A stretch of 64,000 nucleotides of DNA. It comes from a virus (lineage: Duplodnaviria > Caudoviricetes). Below, piece by piece: positions 42,632 to 53,742 of the stretch. The notes under the pieces are model-generated. The model was not told the DNA's origin. It saw only the letters and a list, made by a program, of their open reading frames with translations, and searched no databases. Position numbers and translations under genes: made by a program. The DNA is taken from positions 114,420 through 178,419 of IMG/VR virus record IMGVR_UViG_3300029928_000001; one strand, 5' to 3'. Numbering within the stretch: position 1 is the stretch's first letter; every line of letters begins with the position of its first letter.

Positions 42632-43041
42632 ATCATTTACCTCCTGACACTAAATCTAAAAAACATTTTTGTATTTCATCACTCCATTCATAAACCCAAC
42701 AAGTAAACTCCGGCTTTTTAGGATTAGGCAGTTGCGCAACTGGCTTAAACCCTCTCTACTACAAGCCTAAATTAATTTTTAACGAATAAATTATTTTGTT
42801 TGTCATTTGATATTTGTCCTCCTCATACCGTAAAAAACCATAATATAGTTTTTACGACTTAATATTATTAACCCGTAATTATTAAATTTTACGGGTTTTT
42901 TCTTACGATAAAGTATTTTATACTCTATTCTTATTATAACAAAAATTTTACGATTTTGCAAATTCATCGTGAAATCTGTCGCCACTCGTTCTTTATTACG
43001 ACTATGTTGTAACAATCCCCCTTTATTTTTTCTTCCGTAGG
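42136..43041. repeat. Cluster of about 14 TTACG/CGTAA short repeats (iteron-like)
   Basis: About 6 copies in the 3' end of 42083-42631 and about 8 in 42829-43041, e.g. TTTTACGGGTT at ~42242 and ~42887. Confidence 0.5.
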
Positions 43042-43051
43042 ATGAAAAAAT

Positions 43052-43080
43052 AAAAAAATAGGGAGCTTTCGCTCCCTAAA
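43052..43080 (-). terminator. Terminator after fibre cassette
   Basis: TAGGGAGC-tttc-GCTCCCTA plus T-run on minus strand. Confidence 0.75.
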
Positions 43081-43082
43081 AA

Positions 43083-44181
43083 TTAACTCATTCTACTTCT
43101 TATTTCATATACTCCACAAAATTTATAACCCAAACTCGAAAAATCTAATTTACCGGTTACTATATTCTAAACTTTATTAGAATCAGTAGACAAAAAAGTA
43201 TTAATATTATTATTAGTCACCTTATAAGTATCACCATTTAATAAAGTTACTATCATATATACATTTCCAGAAATAACCTAATATAACTAGACCTAAACAA
43301 TTGTTAATTCGTCATATATTACCTTTGTAGGTTCTATTAACGATATTGTGACATTAAAACATTCCTAATATGGAAAAACAATAGTATTTACATCCAAAGG
43401 AAATTGCACCATATCTGTCGGTAAAGTATAATAATTGTCTCCTTCTAATTCAATATAATCTAAATCATATGCACTAAAAAATTCTACATCTTGTTCTTTA
43501 AGAGCTTGAATAGCTGCTGAAGAAAAATTTAATTTTTTCTTTTTATATCCTAAGTTTTTATTGAATAAAATGCTTATTCCATTAAACATATGACTAAAAG
43601 CAAATATGTTACTATTATCAATTTCAGCTTTAATTTGCGGTAATGACTAAAGATTCCACTATCCAGTAAATAATCCGGAATATACCTTTGTATTATTTAC
43701 ATTTTTAGATGGTAAAATTAATTCACTTAAATCGACAATATGTGAAAGATTTGTTAGAGATGCTGAAAACAATTCAGCAAAACAATAATCAGGAGGCTCA
43801 AAACTTTCATCATAAGTATAATGAACTAATGCATTTAAATTACCAGAAATTTTTATATCTAAACCAACAGCATTATATCCTTGAAGTGAGGCAACACGTA
43901 CGCGTAAACAACTAGGACCTTCATTAGAAGAATATAAAGTAGTACCATCTACTCCTCGAATATACACATAAGAAGATTCATTTAAAGATATAGCATCACT
44001 ATCATTAATAAAAAGATCTGTCCATTTAATCGTATCTAAACTATACTGCCATTTTCCATCTCCACAAAATCTTCCTTCAATCACTAAAGGTAATCCATCA
44101 ATACTTTCAAACTTTACCCATTGCGGCAAAGCCTGCATGCCCCCCCCCCTCAGTTTGCACACACGTATTTAAATAAGCCAT
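43083..44181 (-). CDS. Putative receptor-binding/adhesin protein, frameshifted at a G10 tract (44140-44149), TAG-recoded
   Basis: ATG GCT TAT TTA at 44181 is out of frame with 43083-44162 unless the tract is G9 or G12; SGNLNAL...YCFAELF BspA-like motif; downstream frame open with TAG readthrough. Confidence 0.6.
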
Positions 44182-44243
44182 ATATTGTTCACTTCGTTTA
44201 CAACACTTCTTCTGGTTGTAAACTACTCTCCTTTCTAAAAAAA

Positions 44244-45380
44244 TTACAAATACATCAATCTACACCCAAGAAACGCATGAGCATTAGACGCATCATAATT
44301 CACATAACAACAGAACAAGCCCGCACTATCACCGCCAGCCCAATTACCGCCCACACTAGCAAAACAACTCGCATTAACACGACCAGAATCAGGCCAGTAA
44401 GTAGTTGATGAACCACCAGTTTGCTTTCCAACAAAGCCTCCACCATTTGTGCCTTGGAGTTGTTTCATGTATCCACTCATATTTGAAGACAAACCAGAAG
44501 AGGTTGAGAAATCATAATCTAATGCTGTTGTCCCAGTTGTAAAGTTTGATGTTTTAGTTAACAAATTATAACTGCTGTCACAATATAATCCACCTAACCA
44601 CTGGAGTAAATTACCCCATGCATCCTCAAGACCAAATAATTTAACTCTGTCTGTACCACTTGAAGTATTACCATAGCACATACCTTTTTTATTTGTTGCA
44701 CCCGTATTCTATTTTGCTGAACCACTTACATAACCTTTACCCAATGCAGCCTGTGAATTAAGATTACCATATTTAAGCAGATATAAACATTGGATATAAG
44801 CCCATTGATAAAAGCCCATAATATCATAGCCTGAACCTCTCTTTTGTGCCGCAGCTATTGCATCTGTTAAACTTATATTCGTCAATGGCGCAGCATTAGA
44901 AATAGATTGCATTTTATTATTAACTTCATCACTTGCTAAATAAGCTCCAAGATATAAGTAATCCTGTACAACGCCATTCTTTGTAAATGCTCTATATTGA
45001 AATTTAGAATTATTTGGTTCATTTGTAATTGAAACAGTAATAACACTACCACTTGTTGTAATATTAACTCCCATCCTAGGAAATTCTATCATAACATCAT
45101 ACCTATCATCACCAGCATCTTCAATATCATTAGTAGTATTATCTCCATCTTCGTTTTCTGTAAAATCGTTTGGTCTCAAATATGTTTTTATCGTACCCTC
45201 ACACATAATACAAGGTTTATATCCAAATATTTCATCCCATTTATCACTGCCCTTAGTCATACCAACCGCATCATCAGCATATGTACAACAAGTGAGCGGA
45301 TTTGAATTTGACTAATCTATTTTAAGTGTCCAAATTTTGTATTTACTTTTTGATTTTATTTTCTATTTAAAATAAGCCAA
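44244..45380 (-). CDS. Tail fibre/receptor-binding protein with FGE-sulfatase/C-type-lectin-like C-terminus, 378 aa
   Basis: TTG GCT TAT TTT start; 44709-45260 and 44244-44681 joined by TAG; GLEDAWGNLLQW, GGNW...AGLF, LGCRL. Confidence 0.75.
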
Positions 45381-45383
45381 TCC

Positions 45384-46424
45384 TTATTCATACCTCCCTC
45401 GTAAAATAACTATACCCGAGCCGCCATTGCCTGCAACGTAAGCATGTGAATAGTTTCTATTAACAAAACCTCCACCGCCACCGCCTCCTGTATTAGCAGC
45501 TGCATGTATTGTCACATTAGATGAATACCCTCCTTGCGCGCCTCCTCCAGCACCACCGGATCCACCGTAACATTCAACATCTGTTTGCCCATACTGGTCT
45601 GTAGAAACGGCTCCATTGCCACCATTACTGCCGCCAGCACCACCTTTAAAATAAACAGTTGTGTAATTACTACCACTATTAGTGGGCGAACCACCGCCTC
45701 CGCCACCTCCATACAAATTACCATCTACTGCAACTTGAGAAGCTCCAGATCCAGTTCCTGCATCATCACCTGCAGCCGCAGAAGTTAAAGCATAACCCCC
45801 ACCACCACCGCCAGACCCACCATTACCTCCAGATCCTTTGCGATTATAATTTGAACGCTATGCACCGCCACCTCCAGCAGCAGTTAAACCAAACCCGGTG
45901 GAAGCAGCACCATTAGCTCCACTATAGCCATCATTAGAAGCAGTGTCTGTAGATGTGCCGCCCTATCCGCCTGCTCCAATAACAATTGGATAAATGGTGT
46001 TATAATTAAGACTCAAATTTAACTATGTAGTAACATAACCACCGCCTCCACCAGATCCTGCGTAGTCTGTATACTTATAGGTACTAGAGCCACCTCCTCC
46101 TCCACCGACTAATGATACATCTAAATACTTCGTTGTCATATTTTTAATTATTAAATCACCAGAAGTTAAAAGACGCAAAATCCATGTAATACGAGGTTTA
46201 TTCTTTGAATCTAACTCCACGTAATAATTAATAGTAGAATTACCAGTATATGTATATTCAATTGGAAGCCCAAGCTTTACTAATTCATATTCACTTCCGC
46301 TATATTCATTTTCATCATCAGATGTTACAAACCCGATAAAATTGCCGGAAGAATCAAATTGTTGCCACGCATACTATTTAGCCCCCCCCGACTAGTCAAC
46401 GGGTGTCATATTAAAATAAGCCAT
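45384..46424 (-). CDS. Glycine-rich tail fibre/adhesin, 346 aa, in-frame G8 tract
   Basis: ATG GCT TAT TTT; VGGGGGG...VIGAGG...GNGGSGIVILR Gly-rich domain; several TAG. Confidence 0.75.
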
Positions 46425-46777
46425 TATTAATCTACCTCCATATAAGAAAAAATTCTCTATTTTTAGAGAATTTTCTTATCTTTATATTATTTATTCACGT
46501 CCAAAACTGCCGATTTGGTTGCCTTGAAGCGCTTCAGGTCAACTGTTTGCGCCTGTCTATTACTACATTCTTTTATTAACAAAGTTTTTCCTTTTTATTT
46601 ATTATATAACTATTATAATATAATTTTTTTAATTTTTCAAGTCTATTCTTCTCTTGGTTGACAAATTTTAAAAAATAATATATAATAATAATACAAAATA
46701 AAAAAGTGAATTGAATTTCCTGCACTTATTGTGAGCGAATTCAATTCGCGAACAATAAGAAAGGAAAATAGTATACT

Positions 46778-47233
46778 ATGAACAGAGACAATTTATATTC
46801 TCTTCTTTTGGACGCAATGGAAGAATATGGAGTAGACGATATTGTAGGAGTATTAAATAATATCCTCGAAGATATCGAAGTAAAAAACGCTAAAGAAGAA
46901 AGAAAAGCAGCTCAAAAGAAAAAAGATGCAGTAGATCTTTATAAACAAATCCTTCTTTTCTGCAACACTTATTATCCAGAAGTAATCACTGATGAAGAAG
47001 CAGATAAACTTGCGCGAATCGCTGAAGAAAATCCAGAGGTGATTATCAATTCTATGAATTACTACGTTTCTCTTCTTAACGAAGAAGAAGAAACTCCAGT
47101 AGCAACAGAGAAAGCTCCTAAATCTACTATTAAAGTAAAGACTAACATTAATGGCAAAGAAGATAACTTTGAGGTTGATGTAGATAAATGGCTTGATACT
47201 CTTACTGACTTCTTTGATAAATATGGGATTTGA
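46778..47233 (+). CDS. Hypothetical protein
   Basis: 151 aa after the TTGACA/TATAAT promoter at ~46658. Confidence 0.7.
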   Translation: MNRDNLYSLLLDAMEEYGVDDIVGVLNNILEDIEVKNAKEERKAAQKKKDAVDLYKQILLFCNTYYPEVITDEEADKLARIAEENPEVIINSMNYYVSLLNEEEETPVATEKAPKSTIKVKTNINGKEDNFEVDVDKWLDTLTDFFDKYGI

Positions 47234-47274
47234 GGACGGGCACTTCAGTGCCCTTACCTCAAGAGGAAACAATA

Positions 47275-47598
47275 ATGAAATGTGATATATGCGGAACGGA
47301 CAACCTTAAGCAGCCTATAGTCGACTCTTCGGGCATCTTCTGTATCAACTGTTTTCAAAAACTGCGCTCATGCGCTGGTTGCGTGCATAATAGATGTGTT
47401 TATCAAGAATGCGCACACCCGCAAAAATGGATTGCGCAGAATATATTCGGTAACCCTACCCCGAATCCAGTTCTTGTTAAAGAGATATGCACAGGTGAGT
47501 CCGGCGGCACCAAATGTATATGTTGTGCTGATGATTTAAAAAGTTGTAATAAACCAAATGGAATATGTAAAAATTATGAAGAGGTATTTGCGCAATGA
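47275..47598 (+). CDS. Cys-rich (multi-Zn-finger) protein
   Basis: Multiple CxxC; GAGGA RBS before 47275. Confidence 0.65.
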   Translation: MKCDICGTDNLKQPIVDSSGIFCINCFQKLRSCAGCVHNRCVYQECAHPQKWIAQNIFGNPTPNPVLVKEICTGESGGTKCICCADDLKSCNKPNGICKNYEEVFAQ

Positions 47599-47981
47599 CA
47601 TACGGAAAAATTGTAGAAAAAGCTTTTACTTATAAAGGTTATCAATGCTATGTAGTCTTCTTACCTATTGGTTGGCGCTGTGGCTACGTAGGTATCTCAA
47701 GCGGCAAAGGTATCAAACCAGCAGAAGAATACAACAATATTCTTTGCCATGGCGGTATCACCTACAACGAAAGTACTTGCCCAATTCCAGGTGTCTCAGT
47801 TTCTGACTTCTGGTGGATCGGATTCGACTGCGCGCATTATGGCGATGGAGTAGATTTAGATAGCTGTGTTAAGTACTATGGGCAATCTCATTTCGTTCTT
47901 CCAATGCCCGGTAATATTAGAACGGAAGAATACTGTGAAAATGAACTAAAATTTATAGTTGATCAATTAGAAGAAGCTTAA
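47595..47981 (+). CDS. Hypothetical phage protein
   Basis: GWRCGYV...HGGITY...WIGFDCAH motif; ATGA overlap. Confidence 0.7.
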   Translation: MTYGKIVEKAFTYKGYQCYVVFLPIGWRCGYVGISSGKGIKPAEEYNNILCHGGITYNESTCPIPGVSVSDFWWIGFDCAHYGDGVDLDSCVKYYGQSHFVLPMPGNIRTEEYCENELKFIVDQLEEA

Positions 47982-48069
47982 TATCAAGCTTCTTTTTTAT
48001 TATTTGAAAAAATATAAAAAATATTATATAATAAATTATAATAAAAAATAATAAAGGAGTTGGTAAATA

Positions 48070-48939
48070 ATGACTTATCTTGTAGCAGATAAATATAAAT
48101 CTTATATTCAAGTCGGCGAACCATATGACAAAAATGGTAAGCAATACATCCGCCTTAAGCGCGCATGTACTAAATGCGGCGGTAGTGGCTATTATGCGAA
48201 TTTTGGCGTCTGTTATAAGTGTAATGGATCTGGTTACAGTTATGATGAAGCTCGCGTTTACACTGAAGCAGAATATGAAGCTTACCTTGCATCCCTTGAG
48301 CGCAAGCGCACCAAGAGAGAAGAAGAAAAAAGAAATCAAGAATTTGAATTATTATCTAACTCTGAAATAAATAAAAAGGAAGTTGCCGAAAAGCTCGGCT
48401 TCAATCCTGAAACACTGATGACTTACATTCCAGTGGGTAATACATACGAAATTAAGGATACCTTAAAATCTTCCGGTTATAAATATCATCCGGCAATTGG
48501 CTGGCACGGTCCAGCCCCCAATGTTAGTTCTGTTAATCATGTTTCGATCTCCTTTGAAAAGCTTTACGAATGGTATCCTTTGACTAAATATGCCGAATTG
48601 CGGCCCGAGGCGGAGGATCTTGTGCAGACAACTGTGCAAGAATCTTTTCCTCCCCTCGGAGAATATGTAGGCGAAGTCGGCAACCGTTTTTATGACTACG
48701 ATGTGCGCCTTGATGAAGCGCGCTTAGTCTGCGACGGCACTTGTAACTTTTATAAATTTACAACAGTTAATGGAAAATCTACTATCATTTGGTTGACCAG
48801 CTCTTATCCAAAAGTAAAAGAAACAAAAAAAGAGCCTGCGGTTGGAAGTATTTATCATCTTACAGCAACCGTTAAATCACATGAGATTAACAATGGTGAA
48901 AAAGTAACTAAAATTAATCGCGCAATTATAAAGGAGTAA
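48070..48939 (+). CDS. Zn-finger (CxxCxGxG) plus OB-fold-like protein
   Basis: CTKCGGSG...CYKCNGSG; C-terminal LTATVKSH...KVTKINR. Confidence 0.65.
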   Translation: MTYLVADKYKSYIQVGEPYDKNGKQYIRLKRACTKCGGSGYYANFGVCYKCNGSGYSYDEARVYTEAEYEAYLASLERKRTKREEEKRNQEFELLSNSEINKKEVAEKLGFNPETLMTYIPVGNTYEIKDTLKSSGYKYHPAIGWHGPAPNVSSVNHVSISFEKLYEWYPLTKYAELRPEAEDLVQTTVQESFPPLGEYVGEVGNRFYDYDVRLDEARLVCDGTCNFYKFTTVNGKSTIIWLTSSYPKVKETKKEPAVGSIYHLTATVKSHEINNGEKVTKINRAIIKE

Positions 48940-49415
48940 TAATATGGAAACAAATTATCAGTGCGCCAACATGAAAGGTCGTTACTTTGCGGGGCACATT
49001 GACGGCAAATCTTACGTGTGAAATAACAGCGCTACATCATGGGCTATTGGAAAAAAGAATATTAAATTATTTTGTACGTCTTGGAGGTATACTAAGTTAT
49101 ACGAGGAGGGTTAAATGGAAATGCGCAAACGATTAGTCAAGATAAGAGTAGGAGAACAGTCTTAAAGCTGCTCTTTTTTATTTGAAAAATTATAAAAAAT
49201 ATTGTATAATATATATAGAAAATAAGAAAAGGAGAAAAATAGATGTTTAAGCCTTATTCTGTTCATAAAGCTTAAAAGTACTTGTTGATATGTTTAATAT
49301 CATTCGTACTTAATATATATAAGCAGAATATCGTGATATTAATACAGATTGGCTTTTTGGCTCAAATGGTCTTGAATATGTAATTATAGTGCATTGGTAA
49401 AAAGGAGTTGGTATT

Positions 49416-52060
49416 ATGAAGTATAAATTTATCCCTGTAGTAAATATTACTGATTTACAAGAAGCAGTGCCAGAAGAAATGATGGAAAGAATTAATGTTC
49501 TTTATGAGAAAAATTATATCGTGCCTTTCTTCGGGCTTATTTATGACCTTGCGGAAGATGTAGCAAATACCATGTTCAAGATTAATATGAGCTATGAATG
49601 TAGATGGTATAATGAACCAATTCAAAATGATTTTATGGAGTTCTTGCGCAAAGCATTTCCAACTTCGGAATATATTATTATTGATGATGCGGCGGGGGTA
49701 TTTTGTTTATGACATGGAAAGATTTAGCGATGCCATCGCAGAAACAAATTAATTATGCTGAATTAATACATCGTGCCGGCGGTCCTGAGCTGCCGGAACA
49801 GATGTCTAAAGGAGCTTACGAAGCCTATATCGGCAGGAGTAAAGGACATCTACATATATACTATGATATATGTCCAGACCCGTATACTTTTACAAGTTAT
49901 TCAGAATTTGATTTATTGTGTGGAGGAGGAATATAATATGAAAACTAATAAATATAATACTTTAGTAATTGCACGAGATAATTATTACACTGAAGATGCT
50001 TACTTACTTGCTATTGGTAAAGCAATAGATATGTTGCAACAGAATGACTATACCATTGAAATTCCTCGCAAAGAATGTAATATCACTATTATTCATTATA
50101 ACTCTGGTGATCCGCAGATGGGTACTCCAATGCCAGTTTGGTTAACTCCAGAAGAAGAGGAGAGTGTAAACTATGAAGATTAAACCTTACCCAATTAAAA
50201 CTGCGCGACAAGATGCAAATAAAAACCTTGTGCCAAATATTGCTGATAGTATTGCCGCGTCTCTTAATCAACGTATTGAGCAAGCTAGTAAAGAAGGTAA
50301 AGATTGGGTAGATTTATCTTATACCATTTGGGACTATGTATGTCTTGAAAATCTTAATAAAATTATGACATTACTTCATGACGCATATACTACAGAAGGT
50401 TATGTAATAACTTTAACTTGTAAACAAAAAAGCGAAGCATGTTATACCATTCAAATTATGTGTGAATGGGGAGAAAGAGAGGAATAATGTATACAGCACA
50501 AGAAGCATATGAAATGTCTACGAGAGCAAGTGATATTGTTCGAGAAATGGAACGTAATAGAGCAGTTGCTTTAGTTGAAGAAAAGATTAAAGAGAGTGTG
50601 AATAATGGCAAATTTTTCTGCTGCGTCTCTACTAAGATGACTGATAGTTTACATACCGATAAACAGAAAGTTTATTTTAAGCAAAGAATTATTCAAACTT
50701 TTACTAAGCAAGGTTATAAAGTAATCTGTATGGATAGTAGCAATGGTTCTGATGATACATTTTTTTATGATTTTATGATTAGTTGGGAAGATGCGAAAAA
50801 TGAGTATAACATTTCTTGAGAAAATTAGAGATTTAACTAAGACTAGTGGAGTTAAGAAACATCAGGACTTGCGTGCGCAGCTTACTCAAGACTTAAAAAA
50901 TCGAATTGAATCTGCGGCTAGAGCAGGCAATGTAACTATGTCATACTGTAACTTTTATGATCATTATCCTGAGCCTGATGGAAAACAAGAAGATTATAAA
51001 GAAGTATTAAAGTATTTTCAACAGGAGGGATTTGTAGCTTCTCTTCTTTTAAAAGAAGAAACATTTATTTATAAAATAGATTGGCGGAGTTAATATGTTT
51101 GGATTAATGATTAGAAAAATTCCTAAGGATATAAAAATACCGAAGTGGGTTGTGCGCTCTGATTACTGGAATACTAAAACTTGGGCAATCGAGCTTGGTA
51201 CAATCGACATAGGACGATGGTGCTACAGTAGTTTATATCATGTATTTAAAGATAACTGTACTCGTACCGAAGGACAAGATTATGAGGAATATTTTTATTT
51301 TGAGAAACCAAGTAAATTATTAAAGCTCACTCAAGTATTCCCTTGGAAAAATGTAGTATGGGCAGCGTATATGTTAAAGAAATATGAATGTGAGGTGTAT
51401 GTATATGAAGCCGATATCTGATTTAGGATATAAAGTAGCTCCATCCTTTATTAATTTTAATCAAGAAAGTGATGTTTATGTAAAGAATAAAAAGCCTTAT
51501 GTAGATATGCGCAATCCGTCTACAGGAACTCTGAGAAGCGTACGTGTATACACTTCACAGGAATGGCAGCGGCAATACGGTAAGAAGGACACGCCCACGG
51601 AAAAACTTGTTACTGATTTAGAAGTTTTAAAAAAGGCAAGAGGATTTAGATGGGGGCCTATTATGCTCATCAGTACAGTAGACGAACGATGGTTAAGTGA
51701 TACGAAAGAATGTAGATATGCTACCGATGTAGGCTGGTATATTGCTAGTGATGAAGATTTACCAGCAGACTATCCAAAAGATTTAAAGAGAGATTTATTG
51801 ACATGGGATAAATTTAAGGAGAAATATTTATGAAAATATTTTTATTTGTTTTAATTGCAATTTTTGGCATTGGTGGGATGTTTTGTCTTGCGTCTTACGA
51901 CAATGCTTCATTACATACTACTTCTAAAAAAATAGATGTAGTGCCGACACCTGATACAGCGGGTCTTTGTCATAAGTGCGCATTGCAGCCTTATTGTTTG
52001 CCGCGAATGCAATGTTGGGAAGCCTATAGAGAAGCTGTAAAGGAGATTTTAGAGCTATGA
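49416..52060 (+). other. Operon of about 9 small coupled hypothetical genes
   Basis: Overlapping ORFs starting at 49416, 49703/49709, 49938, 50173, 50487, 50800, 51095, 51405 and 51830, with no in-frame TAG. Confidence 0.65.
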
Positions 52061-52261
52061 ATGCGGATCAAAAACTAATCTTAAGTATGTTAAATGATAC
52101 CTATAATATGATCTTAGACCAGAAAAAAAATGTAATAGCAGGTGAAGAATATTATAATGCGGTTATTCATTTCTTAGGTCTTGCGCGAGAGCGTTATGAA
52201 ACTTACTGCGAAATGCAAAATATTTGATTTTTTAAAAAAATTTTGTTATAATATATATGTA

Positions 52262-52585
52262 AAAAGTCACAGGAGACACTTTACACACATTATATAGTTG
52301 GTTCGCATTCAGACCATTGATACACAAATATGAGTGGGGTTGTATCTTCCCGTTATAAGATTCAATGAATAGAACATTTTAACTTCTATCAGTTTTAAGT
52401 GTTTTTAATTGTTATTAAAAGCCACAGGCTCTTCGGCGTAGCCTTGAGAGGGCATTGTATCAATAAGTCCCTTAACCCGTTATTATATACTTCAGTGGGA
52501 GTCTAAATTTCTTAGACTCCTTGGCGCAATTTCAGTTCTCTTTTTATATAAGCACTTTACTTCATTTTGTAAAGTGCTATTTTAT
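52262..52585 (+). ncRNA. Candidate structured non-coding RNA
   Basis: Promoter at ~52224-52251, no ORF of note, several stems, ends in terminator-like TAAGCACTTTAC...GTAAAGTGCTA plus T-run. Confidence 0.35.
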
Positions 52586-52653
52586 TTTTTATAAAAAATT
52601 TGTTATAATATTTATAGAAAATGAAAAAAGAAAATAAATTGGAGGTTGATATT

Positions 52654-52995
52654 ATGAATAGAGAACATGCTTATGCACGTACTTTAGAAGGCATTGAAAG
52701 ATGCGTTCATAGTATTCTTGAATCTATTGAAATTCAAATTGAATATAAAGCCAAGAAAGGCGCAACACACATCATCGGAACTTTTGATTTAAATGATGGA
52801 GTGGGCATTTCAGCAATTAACGATTGGTCTATTGCTAATGAGGTAGGCAAAAAAATAATACAAAACCTTAAAGAGTGTCGATTTGATGCTGATTATATTG
52901 TTATTCAAGGTGCTGAAAATACTCAAATAAAAGTCCAAATTTATTGGGGTGAAGATACTAAAGGTGATTATGTGCCATTAGATGATAAGTGGTAA
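52654..52995 (+). CDS. Hypothetical protein (family of 50173/50487/50800)
   Basis: GGAGG RBS; IEYKAKKG...IYW pattern. Confidence 0.6.
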   Translation: MNREHAYARTLEGIERCVHSILESIEIQIEYKAKKGATHIIGTFDLNDGVGISAINDWSIANEVGKKIIQNLKECRFDADYIVIQGAENTQIKVQIYWGEDTKGDYVPLDDKW

Positions 52996-53005
52996 GGAGG
53001 AAAAA

Positions 53006-53254
53006 ATGAAATTATATAGATATTCTGTTATTTACTATGATAAATATTGCGAAAAATATGAGGAAGACCATGGTTTAACTTTTGGAGAAACTATGACTGA
53101 TGTTATTGAAAATTTAAATAAAGATTATGGTGAATGCTTTGAAGGTATTAAAGTCGAAAATTGTTATATTGAGGGAGATAAAACTATTTCTTTTAGAGAA
53201 GCTAAAGATGCTTTAAAAAATTTTACTCCGCTTAATCCAGCGAATTATGAATAA
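53006..53254 (+). CDS. Hypothetical protein
   Basis: AAGGAGG RBS. Confidence 0.6.
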   Translation: MKLYRYSVIYYDKYCEKYEEDHGLTFGETMTDVIENLNKDYGECFEGIKVENCYIEGDKTISFREAKDALKNFTPLNPANYE

Positions 53255-53553
53255 AAAAGTTTGGATTGATGATATTCGTCCGATGCCGCCTGAATATAAT
53301 ATATGGTTTATGTCAACTAATGCGGCTATTGATTTTATTAGAGAACATAAAAATGAAATTAGAGAAATTTCTTTTGATCATGACGCATAACCTAGGTGGA
53401 GATTATATTAAAATTTTAGACTGGATGGAAGAATATGAAGAAATTATGGATAGTAAATTTACTTTTACTATTAAACTTCATACTATGAATCTGGTAGCTA
53501 AAAATAATATGATAAGAATTATTAAACGGAGAGGATGGAAATATGAGTTTTGA
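53247..53553 (+). pseudogene. Frameshifted cyclic-phosphate-processing receiver-like domain
   Basis: Frame 1 MNKKVWIDDIRP...ISFDHDA-TAA (53388); frame 2 continues LGGDYIKILDWME...LHTMN. Confidence 0.6.
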
Positions 53554-53731
53554 AGAAGCTTGTTTGTATTGCGCAACAGTATTTGGTAGTTCATTTTCTT
53601 ATGGAGGAGATGAAGGAGATTTTTTTATCTGCCCTGAATGTGGCGAACCAGTGCTCCATGACGATTATAATGATGGAGATTTTTCAGAATGTCCAATTTG
53701 CGGATTTAATTTTACGGAGGGCGAAGAATAA
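53543..53731 (+). CDS. Small Zn-ribbon protein
   Basis: CPECG...CPICG. Confidence 0.65.
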   Translation: MSFEEACLYCATVFGSSFSYGGDEGDFFICPECGEPVLHDDYNDGDFSECPICGFNFTEGEE

Positions 53732-53742
53732 AGGAGAGAAAT

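Noticed and set aside
32370-42803. ORFs 32370-32708, 32450-32740, 35167-35403, 39574-39813 and minus-strand ORFs in the early island
   Set aside because: They overlap promoter/hairpin repeats or oppose well-supported genes; no RBS and atypical composition
44244-44681. Diversity-generating retroelement target
   Set aside because: The CLec-like C-terminus is suggestive, but no template repeat or reverse transcriptase is visible in this window; it could lie elsewhere
46728-46747. lac operator / vector contamination
   Set aside because: Only a partial match (TTGTGAGCG), embedded in a larger native palindrome with no flanking vector sequence
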